From positions 3,534,001-3,598,000 of the forward strand of contig JASTWF010000035.1 of the NCBI GenBank assembly GCA_030390025.1: a stretch of 64,000 bases of DNA, written 5' to 3'. The notes under the pieces are model-generated. The model did not search any database. It was given only the letters and a program-made list of their open reading frames with translations, and was not told the DNA's origin. The DNA comes from Squalus acanthias. Lineage: Eukaryota. The position numbers and the translations under genes are program-made. Shown here in pieces: positions 1 to 12,531 of this stretch (the first letter of the stretch is position 1; each line of letters starts with the position of its first letter).

Positions 1-207
1 AAACTCAGATGTGCTGATCTAAAAGAAGTGGCAAATCGAATTGGAGGAAAGTTAGAATGTCTGCACCGTGATGTCCCATAAACTTCACTCTGCATTGTCT
101 TTTTGTGTTCTACCTCTGAAGATATATGAGTACAATACTTCAGTATGAGAAACGGCCCTCTCCATGAGCAGTGCACTGAATGTCCATATCGTGGGGCTTT
201 TTGAGGA

Positions 208-923
208 ATGGCCTCTTTGGACCTACCCTACCGTTGTCCAAGGTGTGGGGAACACAAGCGTTTTAGGAGTCTGTCTTCATTGCGAGCGCATCTGGAATAC
301 AATCACACTTATGAGACGCTTTATGTCCTTTCTAAGTCCAACAGCATTTGTGATGCGAGTGTTCTGTCTTCAGGACTTGACAAGTCAATTCTGATACCTG
401 CTTCCTGCAAAGAAATCTTTGAAAGCACCTCGTTCCGGAGCAAAGAACAGAGATATTTGTGTGATTTACAGTGTGGGGAGGAATTACCACTTGGTTCCAC
501 CTGTTACTTGCCTGAGGTTGAGGTTCCAGTAAACGAAATACTCATGAGAAAGGCAATGACCTCTTCAGCTCCTCCTGCTGCTCTAGCTGCAGCAGCGGTG
601 GATGCTGTTTACGAGGAAGGACTGGCTCGATTAAAGATCCAAGCCCTTGAAAAACTAGACTTGAATGAACGCCTGGAGAAGCTATCAGAGGAGGTCGAGC
701 AGAAGATCACAGCCCGTGTAGACAAGCTTCAGACAGAACTTGAGAAAAAAAGCTCAGAATTGGAGAAAGCCAAACAGGAAAGCGTGAGGTTGAGTCGAGA
801 AAAGCAAGACCTTGAAGAAAAGGCCTCCGAGTTATCACGCCAGGTCGATGTGAGCGTAGAGATGCTGGCTACATTGAAGCAAGATTTAGTGCAGAAGGAC
901 CAGGAGCTAGCCAGGAAACAGCA
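208..923 (+). CDS. FBXO41: FBXO41 first coding exon (C2H2-like Zn finger plus coiled coil)
   Basis: MASLDLPYRCPRCGEHKRFRSLSSLRAHLEY...YEEGLARLK...SRQVDVSVEML matches the vertebrate FBXO41 N-terminus as I recall it; donor CA|GTAAGT at 923/924, phase 2. Confidence 0.95.
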
Positions 924-1062
924 GTAAGTATATCTGCTGTGATCTGTAATATTATAAAGAATGGTGAATATGGATTTATAAATAAGTAGTACTGGGCTTG
1001 TGCCAAGTGTTTATAGTAATCATCTATAAAAGTCTTGCATATACTATGCACTTCCTTTTAGC

Positions 1063-3106
1063 ATAGAATCATAGAATGAAACAGCACAGAAGGAGGCCAT
1101 TCAGTTCATCATACCTGTGTCAGCTCTTTGGTAGAGCTATCCAATTAGTTCCACTTCCCTGCTCTTTCCCCATAGCCCTGCAATTTTTTCCCTTCAAGTA
1201 TTTATCCAAGTATTTATCCAATTTCCTTTTGAAAGTTATTATTGAATCTGCTTCCACCACCCTTTTAGGCAGTGCATTCCAGATCGCAACAACTTGTGTA
1301 TAAAAAAAAATGTTTCCTCATGCCGTCTCTGGTTCTTTTGACAATTACCTTAAATCTGTGTACTCTGGTTACTGATCCTTCTGCCAATGGAAACAGTTTC
1401 TCCTTATTTACTCTTATCAAAACAGTTCATGATTTTGAACACCTCGATTAAGTGTCCCCTTAACCTTCTCTGCTCTAAGGAGAACAACCACAGCTTCTCT
1501 AGTCTCCCAAAGTAACTGAAGTTCCACATCCTTGGTAGCATTCTAGTAAATCTCCTTTGCACCTGTCTGAGGGCTTGACATCCTTCCTAAAGTGTGATGC
1601 CCAGAATTGGCCACAGTACTCCAGCTGGAGCCTAACCTGTCTTATAAAGGTTTAGCATAACCTCCTTGCTTTTGTATTCGAAGCCTCTATTTATAAAGCC
1701 AAGGATCACACATGTCTTTTTAACATCCTTCTCAACTTGTCTTGTCACCTTCAGAAATTTGTATACGTACACCCCCAGGTTTCTCTGTTCCTGCACCCAC
1801 CTCTGAAGTCTGTTACTAACCTCTTCATTGTTTACTACATTTCGAAGTTTTGTGTCCTATGCCCTGTATAACCAAGTATACCCAAGTCCAGGTCATTAAT
1901 ATATATCAAAAAGAGCAGTGGTCCTAATACCGACCCCTAAATACACAAATCACTAAAAGTTGCGACACATGTTAGCAAGACCATAAAAAAAGCAAACCAA
2001 GCACTAAGGTTTAATTCTAGAGGTATAGAATTGAAAAGTAGGGAAGTTATGCTAAACCTGTATTGAACTTTGGTTAGACCACACTTGGAGTACTGTGTAC
2101 AGTTCTGGTCGCCATATTATAAAAAGGATATAGAGGCACTGGAGAGGGTGCAGATAAGATTTACAAGGATGATACCAGAAATGCGAGGGTATACATATCA
2201 GGAAAGGATGAACAGGCTGCGTCTCTTTTCTCTTGAAAAAAGAAGGCTGAGGGGTGACCTAATAGAGGTCTTTAAAATTATGAAAGGTGTTGATAGAGTA
2301 GATACAGAGAGAATGTTTCCACTTGTGGGTAAGAGCATAACTAGAGGCCATCAATATAAGATAGTCACCAAAAAATCCAATAGGGAATTCAGAAGAAACT
2401 TCTTTACCCAAAGAGTGGTGAGAATGTGGAACTCTCTACCACAGGGAGTGGTTGAAGTGAATAGTAGAGATGCATTTAAGGGGAGGCTGGACAAGCATAT
2501 GAGGGAGAAGGGATTAGAGGGTTATGCTGATAGATTTAGATGAGGAAAGACGGGAGGAGGCTCGAGTGGAGCATGAAGGCCAGCATGGACTGGTTGGGCT
2601 GAATAACCTGTTTCTGTGCCGTATATCCTATGTATGTAATCCTATGTAATCCCTGGGGAACACCACTTTATACTTCCCTCCAGTCTGAAAAATAACCGTT
2701 CATCACTACTCTCTGCTTTCTGACCCTTAGCCAATTTTGTATTCATGCTGCCACTGTCCCTTTAAAGCCATGGGCTTTAATTTTGCTTCCAAGTCTTTAG
2801 GTGGTACTTTACCAAATGCCTTTTGAAAGTCCATATAAACAACATCAACTGCACTACTCTCATCAACCCTATCTATTACCTTATCAAAGAACTCAATCAT
2901 GTTAGTCAAACACGATTTGCCTTTAACAAATCCATGCTGACTTTCATTAATGAGACCATACTTTTCCAAGTGACAACTAATTTTGTCCCAGATTAATGTC
3001 TCTAAAAGTTTCCCTCCACCAACATTAGGCTGACTGGCCTGTAGTTGCCAGGTTTATCCCTCTCCCTTTTTTTGAACAGGGGTGTAACATTTGCAATCAT
3101 CCAGTC
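1063..3106 (-). mobile_element. 5'-truncated CR1 LINE (RT region to 3' tail), split by the insertion at 1939-2650
   Basis: Reverse-strand (ATTCTATG)n tail at about 1063; [13 protein letters not shown] and DFQKAF motifs in 2727-2969; sequence resumes after 2650. Confidence 0.85.
1939..2650 (+). mobile_element. CR1 LINE 3' fragment
   Basis: VRPHLEYCVQFWSP...RRNFFTQRVV ORF at 2070-2543; CCTATGTA tail. Confidence 0.88.
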
Positions 3107-5140
3107 CTCTAGCTTCCCCTTAAATGCATCTGTGGTATTCAGCTCAAATACTCCTTGTGGTAGCAAATTCCACATTCTAACGACTCTCTGGGTAAAGAAG
3201 TTTCTCCTGAATTCCCCATTGGATTTATTATATTTACGACCCCCAGTTCTGGTCTCCCCCACATATGGAAACATCATCTCTATGTTTACCCTATCAAACC
3301 CTTTCATAATCTTAAAGACCTCAATCAGATCACCTCTCAGCCTTCTCTTTTCTAGAGAAAAGAGCCCCAGCTGGTTCAGTCTTTCTTGATGGGTATAACT
3401 TCTCAGTTCTGGTATCATTCTAGTAAATCATTTTTGCACTTTCTCCAGTGCCTCTATATCTTTTTTATAATATCGAGACCAGAACTGTTCACAGTACTCC
3501 CAAGTGTGCTCTAATCAAGGTTCTATACAACATTAACATAACTTCTATGTTTTTCAATTCTATTCCTCTAGAAATGAACCCCAGTGCTTTGTTTGCTTTC
3601 TTTATAGAGTTGTGATTTGAGTATCTGTAACCCCAGCTCTCACTGCTCCTCTACCCCATTTAGATACTTATGTTTCATGGTATGTGGCCTCCTTATTCTT
3701 CCGACCAAAACTTACCACCTCACACTTATCACACCAATTACACGCCCATTCTGCAAGTTTATTAAAGTCTTCCTGTATTTTGTCACCGTCCTCCTCTGTA
3801 TTAACTACACCCCCCCCAATTTGGTGATGTTCGCAAATTTTGAAATTGTACTTCCGATTCCAGAGTCCAAATCGTTTATGTAAATGTTGAACAACAATTG
3901 TCCCTGCACCGATCCTTGTGGAACGCCACTTCCTAACTTTAGCTAATCTGAGTAACTACCTTTAACCCCTACTCACTGTTGTCTGTTTTGTAGCCAGCTT
4001 GCTATCCATTCTGCTACTTGTCCTCTTGACTCCATATGTTCTGACCGTAGTCATGAGTCTAGTATGTAGTACCTTATTGAAGGCTTTTTGGAAATCCCCA
4101 TATATTACATCTACTGCATTACCCTGATCTACCCTTTCTGTTACTACTTCAAAGAATTCAGTACGGTTGGTAAAGCATGATCTTCCCTTTTGAAATCCGT
4201 CATGACTACTCGTTATTATATTTTCAGTTTATATGTTTTTCTATTACATCTTTACGTAAGCATTCCATTATTTTTCCTACCACCGATGTTAAGCTAATTG
4301 GTCTATAGTTCCCTGAACTTGTTCCATCTCTCTTTTTAAATATGGGAATCACATTCGCCAGTCCTCTAGCACTATTCCCTTTTTAAATGATTTTTATATA
4401 TATGTAATAGTGCCTCTGTTATCTCTTCCCTAACTTCTTTTAATATACGCGGATGCCATCCATCTGGATCAGGGGTTTTATCCTCTCAAACATTGATTAG
4501 TTTATCTCCCCCCTTTTTATCTTAAATGCCTTGATATCAGTTTTGATCTCCTCTTCTAGTGTCATGCCCACCATGTTAGTCTCCCTGGTAAATACCGAGG
4601 CAAAGTAATTATTTAATATTTCTGCCACTTCGCTGTCATTAACTGTGAGTTTATCGTGTGTATCCCTTCGTGGCCCTATCCCTATCCTGATTTTTCTTTT
4701 GTTATTTGTGTCTATAAAATACTTTACTATTTCCTTTATATTTCTTGATAATTTAATTTTGTAGTTTTTCTTTGCCTGTCTACTAGTTTTTTTGACTTCT
4801 TTCCTAACCTTTTCGTATTCTCTTTTGTCATTGTCTCCTTTGTTGTCTATACACTTAGTCTGTGCCTTTTACTTTAGTTTCAATTTTGCCCTTATTTCTT
4901 TATTCATCCATGGTGTGTCATTACTGGCTAGTTTGTTCTTGCTCTTTAGTGGGATATATTTCTCCTGGACCCTTATTGCTCACTGTTTTAGTGCTGTTCT
5001 AGTTCTTTGTTAGTAAATTTTTCCAGTTTATTTTCCATTGTTCCATTCTCATCCCCTTAAAATTGGCTTTTTTCCAATTTATTACTTTGGTCTTTGTCTT
5101 ACTTATTATGTCCTTCTCAATCTTCATCTTGAACCTTATT
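3107..5140 (-). mobile_element. Decayed CR1 LINE ORF2 fragment
   Basis: RRLRGDLIEVFKI motif; RT and linker homology with many disruptions. Confidence 0.8.
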
Positions 5141-5531
5141 CTGCCATAGAATGGTTACAGCATGGAAGGAGGCCGTTCGGCCAGTCGAGCCCGTGCCGGC
5201 TCTCTGCAAGAGAACTTCAGCGAGTCTCACTCCCCCGCCCTTTCCCCGTAGCCCTGCAAATTTCTTTCCTTCAGATACTTATCCAATTCACTTTTGAAAG
5301 CCATGATTGAATCTGCCTCCACCACCCTTTCAGGCATTGCTTTCCAGATCCTAACCACTCATTGAGTAAAAAAGTTTTTCCTCATGTCGCCTTTGGTTCT
5401 TTTGCCAATCACCTTAAATCTGTGTCCTTGGTTCTTCTGCCAATGGGAACAGTTTCTCCCTATCTACTTTGTCCAGACCCCTCATGATTTTGAACACCTC
5501 TATCAAATCTCCTCTCACTCTTCTCTGCTGT

Positions 5532-7258
5532 AAATATACATTAATGATCTAGATAAGGGAACTAAATGTAATGGCCCAAAAATTCGTGAGGAAGCCTTCG
5601 TGCGAGGGTAAGGCTTCCCCGCGATCTCTCACTGCGCGTTGGCTTTTTCAGTTCCAGCTCGCACGAACTTGATGTTCTGGACAGCTGCTGTGCTGGGCTT
5701 GCGTATCCCACAGGCGCAGTTAATTCGTGCGAGCTGTGGGATCACGTGACTCAGTTAGAGCCAATGGCAGCACACCATCTTCCATTCATAACTTTCACAT
5801 AAGTGCTGTGAAAGCTATGAATACTATAGCCCCCCAAAAGAACAGCTAAACCTCAATTAAATAAAAAAAAACCATCACATTAATAAAATAAGTATAGTTA
5901 AATAAATTAACCATTTTAAATAAAAAATTAAATTTTTGAAAAAATGTAAAATCTTTTAAAAAGTTATAAAAATAAACTTACCTGTCATTAAAGTCTCTAA
6001 AAAAGATATACCTGTTAAAAAAAATTCAAAATAATACTTAATTCACTACTTACCTTGTTAAAAGTGGGTCTTACTCCTCCTTTTTTTATGTGTAAAATCT
6101 TCCATACTTACCTGCGCGTTGAAACCACTAAGTGCACTGCATGCGCGCAGCCTGTAGCGCGCACGCGGTTCACTTAAGAACCGCCCCCTTTTCCATTCAC
6201 CAAGTGCCGGTTTTCAGCGCATGCGCAGTGCATGCAGAAAACCGGCAATTGGAGACAGAATACGCGAGAGTACGCAGTGCGTACTCTCGCGTATCAACAC
6301 AAATTTTTGGGCCAATAACTCCAAGTTTGCAGATGACACAAAGCTGGGTGGGAGTGTGTGCTGCGAGGAGGATACCGAGAAACTCCAGGATGATTTGGAC
6401 AGGTTGGGTGAGTGGGCAGAAGCGTGGCAGATGCAATATAACGTGGATAAATGCGAGGTTATCCACTTTGGTGTCAAAAACAGAAAGGCAGACTATTATC
6501 TGAATGGCAATAGATTGGGAGAAGGGGAAGTGCAACGAGACCTGGGTGTCCTTGTGCACCAGTCGCTGAAGGTAAGCATGCAGGTGCAGCAGGCGGTGAA
6601 GAAGGCAAATGGTATGTTGGCCTTCATAGCGAAAGGGTTTGAGTATAGGAACAGGGATGTCCTGCTGCAGTTGTACAGGGCCTTGGTGAGACCACACCTT
6701 GAGTATTGTGTGCAGTTTTGGTCTCCTTATCTGAGGAAGGATATTCTTGCCATGGAGGGAGTTCAGCGAAGATTCACAAGGCTGATACCTGGGATGGCAG
6801 GAATGACATATGAGGAGAGATTGGGTCGATTGGGCTTATACTCGCTGGAGTATAGAAGAATGAGAGGGGATCTCATCGAAACATATAAAATTCTGACAGG
6901 TCTGGACAAACTAGATGCAGGAAGAATGTTCCCGATGGTCGGAGAGTCCAGAACCAGGGGTCATAATCTAAGGATAAGGGGTAAGCCATTTAGGACAGAA
7001 ATGAGGAAGAATTTCTTCACCCAGAGAGTGGTGAACCTGTGGAATTCTCTACCACAGAAGGTAGTTGAGGCCAAGTCATTAAATATATTCAAGAATGAGT
7101 TAGATATATTTCTTAAAGCTAAAGGTATCAAGGGATATGGGGAGAAGGCAGGTACAAGGTACTGAGTTTGGATGATCAGCCATGATCTCATCGAATGGCG
7201 GAGCAGGCTCGAGGGGCCGAATGGCCTACTCCTGCTCCTATCTTCTATGTTTCTATGT
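5532..7258 (+). mobile_element. HER1-like CR1 LINE 3' portion carrying a TIR element
   Basis: [10 protein letters not shown]...YGEKAG ORF; GATCAGCCATGATCT...CCTACTCCTGCTCCTA 3' UTR and TTCTATGT tail. Confidence 0.92.
5573..6313 (+). mobile_element. Non-autonomous DNA transposon (MITE), copy 1
   Basis: 12-bp TIR GGCCCAAAAATT; AAT duplicated at 5570-5572 and 6314-6316; interrupts CR1 at GTKCN|xSKFADD; second copy at 54028-54769. Confidence 0.92.
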
Positions 7259-7929
7259 AAGGAGAACAACCCCAGCTTCTCCAGTCTATCCACGTAACTG
7301 AAGTCCCTCATCCCTGGAATCATTCTCGTAAATCTTTTCTGCACCCTCTCTGAGGCCTTCACATCCTTCCTAAAATGCGGTGCCCAGAATTGGACACAAT
7401 ACTCCAGTTGATGCCGAACCAGTGTTTTATACAGGTTGTTCATAATTTCCACGCTTTTGTACTCTATACCTCTATTCATGAAGCCCAGGATCCCGTAAAC
7501 TTTTTTAACTGCTTTCTCAACCTGCCCTGCCATCTTCAACGATTTGTGCACGCATACCCCAGGTCTCTCTGTTCGTGCAACCCCTTCAGGATTGTATCCT
7601 TTAGTTTATATTTCCTCTCTTCATTCCTTCTACCAAAATGTATCACTTTCAACTTTTCTGCTGTAAATTTCATCTGCCACGTGTCCACCCATTCCACCAG
7701 CCTGTCTATGTCCTCTTGAAATCTATCACTATCCTCCTCACTGTTTATTACGCTTCCAAGTTTTGTGTCATCTGCAAATTTTGAAATTGTGCCCTGTACA
7801 CCCACGTCCAAGTCATTAATATATATCAAGAAAAGCAGTGGTCCTAGAACCGCCCCCTGGGGAACACCACTGTACACCTTCCTCCAGTCTGAAAAACAAC
7901 CATTCACCACTACTCTTTATGATCGCTAT

Positions 7930-8705
7930 TGCCTAGATTTTCCTCTACACTTCTCTTATCTGTTCTAAGAAAGGAGTTCTGCACACATTTTAAAAACTCC
8001 ATTTCCTCTACCCCTTTCGCTACGTCTTAGTTTATTTGGGGGTAGTTAAAATCTTGCATGATTATTATTCTATGCCATGTACTCATTTCACATATTTGCT
8101 TTCATATTTCTTCCTCCACATCCTTTCCAGTATTAGGTGGTCTGTAGTATACCCCTATTAGTGTAATTGATTCCTTATCTTTTATGTCAATCCATATAGA
8201 TTCTGTTTCTAACCGTATAAGTTAGGTCCTTTTTTTCTGTTGCCATTATGTTATCTCTAATTAGTACAGATACCCTACCGTCCCTTCTTCCTTCCCTATC
8301 CTTTCTGATTATGTTATAATCTGCAATATTTAGTTGCCAGTCCTGTTCTTTATGTAGCCTTGTTTCAGTTATTCCCGCTACATCAGGTTCCTTGCTACGC
8401 ATTATTGCCTCCAGTTCCCCCATTTTGTTTCGGCTGCTGTGAACATTGCTATACCGAAAGTTTAATTCGTCTTTGGTAGTTGTTCCCTTTATTTTTAAGC
8501 ATCATTTTATACTTCTGTTTTATTACTGTATTTATTTATGTTACCCTTGTTCCTTACCTTGGTGTGACCTTTACTCTCATATCCTATTTCTTTTATTTTC
8601 AGACAAGCTATTTGCACCAGATCCCTCCTCTTTCTTACTAGTGTAAAGTCCTTTCGCTAGCCCTTTCTGCTAGGACACTGGTCCCACTCCGGTTCAGGTG
8701 GGGCC
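7930..8705 (-). mobile_element. Decayed CR1 ORF1-end/endonuclease fragment
   Basis: GITET and WQLNI APE motifs in 8187-8423. Confidence 0.75.
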
Positions 8706-10258
8706 TATGGTGACCTCGTCCTTACCAATCAACTGTCGCAGATGCATCTGTCCATGACAGTATTGGTAGCAGTGACCACCGCACAGTCATTGTGGAGACG
8801 ATGTCCCGTCTTCACACTGAGGACACCCTCCATCGTGTTGTGTGGCACCACCACCGTGCTAAATGGGATAGATTCAGAACAGATCCAGCAGCTGAAAACT
8901 GGGCATCCATGAGATGCTGTGGGCCATCAGCAGCAGCAGAATTGTATTCCACAACAATCTGTAACTTCATGGCCCAGCATATCCCTCACTCTACCATTGC
9001 CATCAAGCCAGAGAACCAACCCTGGTTCAATAAGGAGTGTAGAAGAGCATGACAGGAGCAGCACCAGGCGTACCTAAAAATGAGGTGCCAACCTGGGGAA
9101 GCTGCAACACAGGACTACATGCATGCTAAAAATTGAAAGCAGCATGCTATAGACAGGGCTAAGCGATCCCACAATCAACAGATCAGATCAAAGCTCTGCA
9201 GTCCTGCCACATCCAGTCATGAATGGTGGTGGACCATTAAACAACTAACGGGAGGAGGAGGCTCCATGAATATCCCCATCCTCAATGATGGTGGAGCCCA
9301 GCACGTGAGTGCAAAAGACAAGGCTGAAGCGTTTGCAACCATCTTCAGCCAGAAGTGCCGAGTGGATGATCCATATCGGCCTACTCCTGAGGTTCCCACC
9401 ATCACAGAAGCCAGTCTTCAGCCAATTCGATTCACTCCAGGTGATATCAAGAAATGGCTGAGCGCACTGGATACAGCAAAGGCTATGGGCCCCAACAACA
9501 TCCCGGCTATCGTGCTGAAGACTTGTGCTCCAGAACTAGCCGCGCCTCTAGCCAAGCTGTTCTAGTACAGCTACAACACTGGCATCGATCCAACAATGTG
9601 GAAAACTGCTTAGGTATGTCCTGTCCACAAAAAGTATGAGAAATCCAATCCGGCCAATTACCTCCGGCCAATTACCACCCCATCAGTCTACTCTCAATCA
9701 TCAGCAAAGTAATGGAAGGCGTCATCGACAGTGCTATCAAGTGGCACTTACTCACCAATAACCTGCCCACTGATGCCCAGTTTGGGTTCCTCAACGAACA
9801 CTCTGCTCCCAACCTCATTACAGCCTTGGTCCAAACATGGACAAAAGAGCTGAATTCCAGAGGTGAGGCGAGAGTGACTGCCCTTGACATCAAGGCAGCA
9901 TTTGACTGAGTGTGGCATCAAGGAGCCCTAGTAAAACTGAAGTCAATGGGAATCGGGGGGTCATACCTAGCACAAAGGAAGATGGTTGTGGTGGTTGAAG
10001 GTCAATCATCACAGCCTCAGGACATCGCTGCAGGAGTTCCTCAGGGCAGTGTCCTAGGCCCAATCATCTTCAGCTGCTTCATCAATGACCTTCCCTCCAA
10101 CATAAGGTCAGAAATGGGGATGTTCGCTGATGACTGCACAGTGTTCAGTGCCATTCACAGCTCCTCAGATAATGAAGCAGTCCATGCCCGCATGCAACAG
10201 GACCTGGATGACGTTCAGGCTTGTGCTGATAAGTGGCAGGCAACATTCGTGCCACAGA
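8706..10258 (+). mobile_element. Second LINE family (CR1/L2 group, possibly RSg-1-like), decayed ORF2
   Basis: [31 protein letters not shown] and MFADD motifs, distinct from the HER1-type CR1s. Confidence 0.8.
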
Positions 10259-10289
10259 TGGCCTACTCCTACTTCTTATGTTCTTAAAC

Positions 10290-12530
10290 ATGTCTAAAAA
10301 TATCAAAAGTGTCTAAAAATTTTAAAAAGACAAATCTAAAGCCACTGTATCTGAATGCAGGAAGCATTCGTAATAAGGTAGACGAATTAACAGCACAAAT
10401 AGATGTAAACGGATATGATATAATTGCGATTACGGAGACATGGCTGCAGCGTGACCAAGGCTGGGAGCTGATTATCCAAGGATATTCGATATTTTGAAGG
10501 ACAGGCGAAAATCATAAGGAGGTGGGGTGGCCTTGTTAGTAAAGGATGAAATCAGAGCAATAGTGAGAAAGGATATTGGCTCAGAAAATAAAGATGTAGA
10601 ATCAGTCTGGGTGGAGCTAAGAAGCACCAAGGGGCAGAAAACATTGGTGGAAGTTGTCTATAGGCCTCCAAACAGTAGTGGTAATGTAGGGGATGGCATC
10701 AAACAGGAAATTAGAGATGCATGTAACAAGGGTACTACAATAATCATGGGTGACTTTAATCTACATATAGACTGGCCAAACCAAATTAGCAATAATACTG
10801 TGGAGGATGAATTCCTGGAGTGTGTACGAGATGGTTTTTTAGAGCAGTACGTTGAGGAGCCAACTAGGGAACAGGCTATGATAGCAAAATACTGCGGATG
10901 CTGGAAATCTGAAATAACAACAGAAAACGCTGGAAAAACTCAGCAGGCCAGGCAACATCCGTGGAGAGAGAAACAGAGTTAACGTTTCAGGTCGAAACCC
11001 GTTCCGACGAAGGGTTTTGACCTGAAACGTTAACTCTGTTTCTCTCTCCACGGATGTTGCCTGGCCTGCTGAGTTTTTCCAGCGTTTTCTGTTGTTATTA
11101 GGGAACAGGCTATCCTAGATTGGGAATTGTGCAATGAGAAGGGGTTAATTAATAATCTTTTTGTCTGGGGTCCTTTAGGGAAGAGTGACCATAACATGAT
11201 AGAATTCTTCATTTTAATGGAAAGTGAAGAAGTCCAATCCAAAATCTAAACAAAGGAAACTACGATGGTATGAGGAGTGAGTTCGTTATGATAGATTGGG
11301 GAGCTTCATTAAAAGGCATGGCGGTGGATAGGCAATGGCTAACATTTAAGGAACAAATGCATGAATTGCAACAGTTATACATTCCTTTCTGGCGCAAAAA
11401 CACAAAAGGAAAAGCGGCCCAACCATGGCTAACAAAAGAAATTAAGGATAGTATTAGATCCAAAGAGGAGTCATATAAAGTTGCCAGAAAAAGTAGCGAG
11501 CCTGAGGATTGGGAGCAGTTTAGAGTTCAGCAAAAAAGGACCAAGAGATTGATTAAGAGGAGAAAAATAGAGTATGAGAGTAAACTTGCAAGGAACATAA
11601 AAGCAGATTGTAAAAGCTTCTACAAGTATGTAAAAAGAAAAAGATTAGTGAAGACAAATGTAGGTCCCTTACAGTCAGAAACGGGAGAATTTATAATGGG
11701 GAACAAGGAAATCGCTGAGCAATTAAACAAATACTTTGGTTCTGTCTTCACGGAAGAGGACACAAATGACTTCCCAGAAATGCTAGGAAACCAAGAGAAG
11801 GAGGAATTAAAGGAAATTAGTAAAAATAGTGCTGTTGAAATTAATGGGACTGAAAGCTGATAAATCCCCAGGGCCTGATAATCTGCATCCCAGAGTACTA
11901 AAAGAGGTAGCCATGGAAATAGTGGATGCATTGGTTGTCATCTTCCAAAATTCTATAGATTATGGAACAGTTCCTGCAGATTGGAGGGTGGCAAATGTAA
12001 CCCCGCTATTTAAAAAAGGAGGGAGAGAAATGTGAAGTTATCCACTTCGGTAGGAAAAACAGAAAGGTAGAGTATTATTTAAATGGTCGTATATTGGGAA
12101 ATACTGATGTGCAAAGGGATCTGGGTATCCTTGTACACGAGTCACTGAAAGCAAACATGCAGGTGCAGCAAGCAGTTAGGAAGGCAAATGGTATGTTGGC
12201 CTTCATTGCAAGAGGATTTGAGTACAGGAGCAAGGATGTCTTACTACAGTTTTACAGGGCCTTGGTGAGACCACACCTGGAGTACTGTGTGCAATTTTGG
12301 CCTCCTTACCTAAGAAAGGATATACTTGTCATAGAGGGAGTGCAGCGAAGGTTCACCAGACTGATTCCTGGGATGGCAGGACTGTCGTATGAGGAGAGAT
12401 TGGGTCGACTAGGCCTGTATTCACTAGAGTTTAGAAGAATGAGGGGATGTCATTGAAACGTATAAAATTCTGACAGGGCGAGACAGACGACTGGATGCAG
12501 GGAGGAGAACGAGGGGTCACAGTCTCAGGA
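10290..12530 (+). mobile_element. CR1 LINE ORF2 with internal deletion
   Basis: LYLNAGSIRNK, ITETW, VYRPP and GDFN motifs; jumps from PLFKKGGRE to CEVIH at about 12030. Confidence 0.88.
10880..11098. mobile_element. Fold-back Penelope-terminus insertion with 81-bp perfect inverted arms
   Basis: 10913-10993 is the exact reverse complement of 11019-11099; 15-bp TSD TAGGGAACAGGCTAT; sequence matches the Penelope end at 57587-57720. Confidence 0.9.
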
Positions 12531-12531
12531 C

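Larger units (their letters stand above)
5147..7918 (-). mobile_element. CR1 LINE 3' fragment split by the + strand CR1 at 5532-7258
   Basis: 3' tail at 5147; TTCTCTGCTGTAA...GGAGAACAAC continuity across the insert; GVPQGAVLGP and KFADD in 7536-7910. Confidence 0.85.

Noticed and set aside
208..927. Single-exon 239-aa gene, or ZNF365
   Set aside because: The TAA lies within the GTAAGT donor, and the downstream exons match FBXO41
6105..6115. ATACTTACCTG, identical to the U1 snRNA 5' end
   Set aside because: No further U1 similarity; it is the reverse complement of a splice donor inside the MITE
6221..7165. Novel N-terminus (MRSACRKPAIG...) on an RT ORF, also seen at 53743-54150
   Set aside because: Chance read-through from the MITE end into the host CR1 frame
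9649..9677. 14-bp tandem duplication TCCGGCCAATTACC (similar case at 23903-23940)
   Set aside because: Ordinary slippage in dead LINE copies
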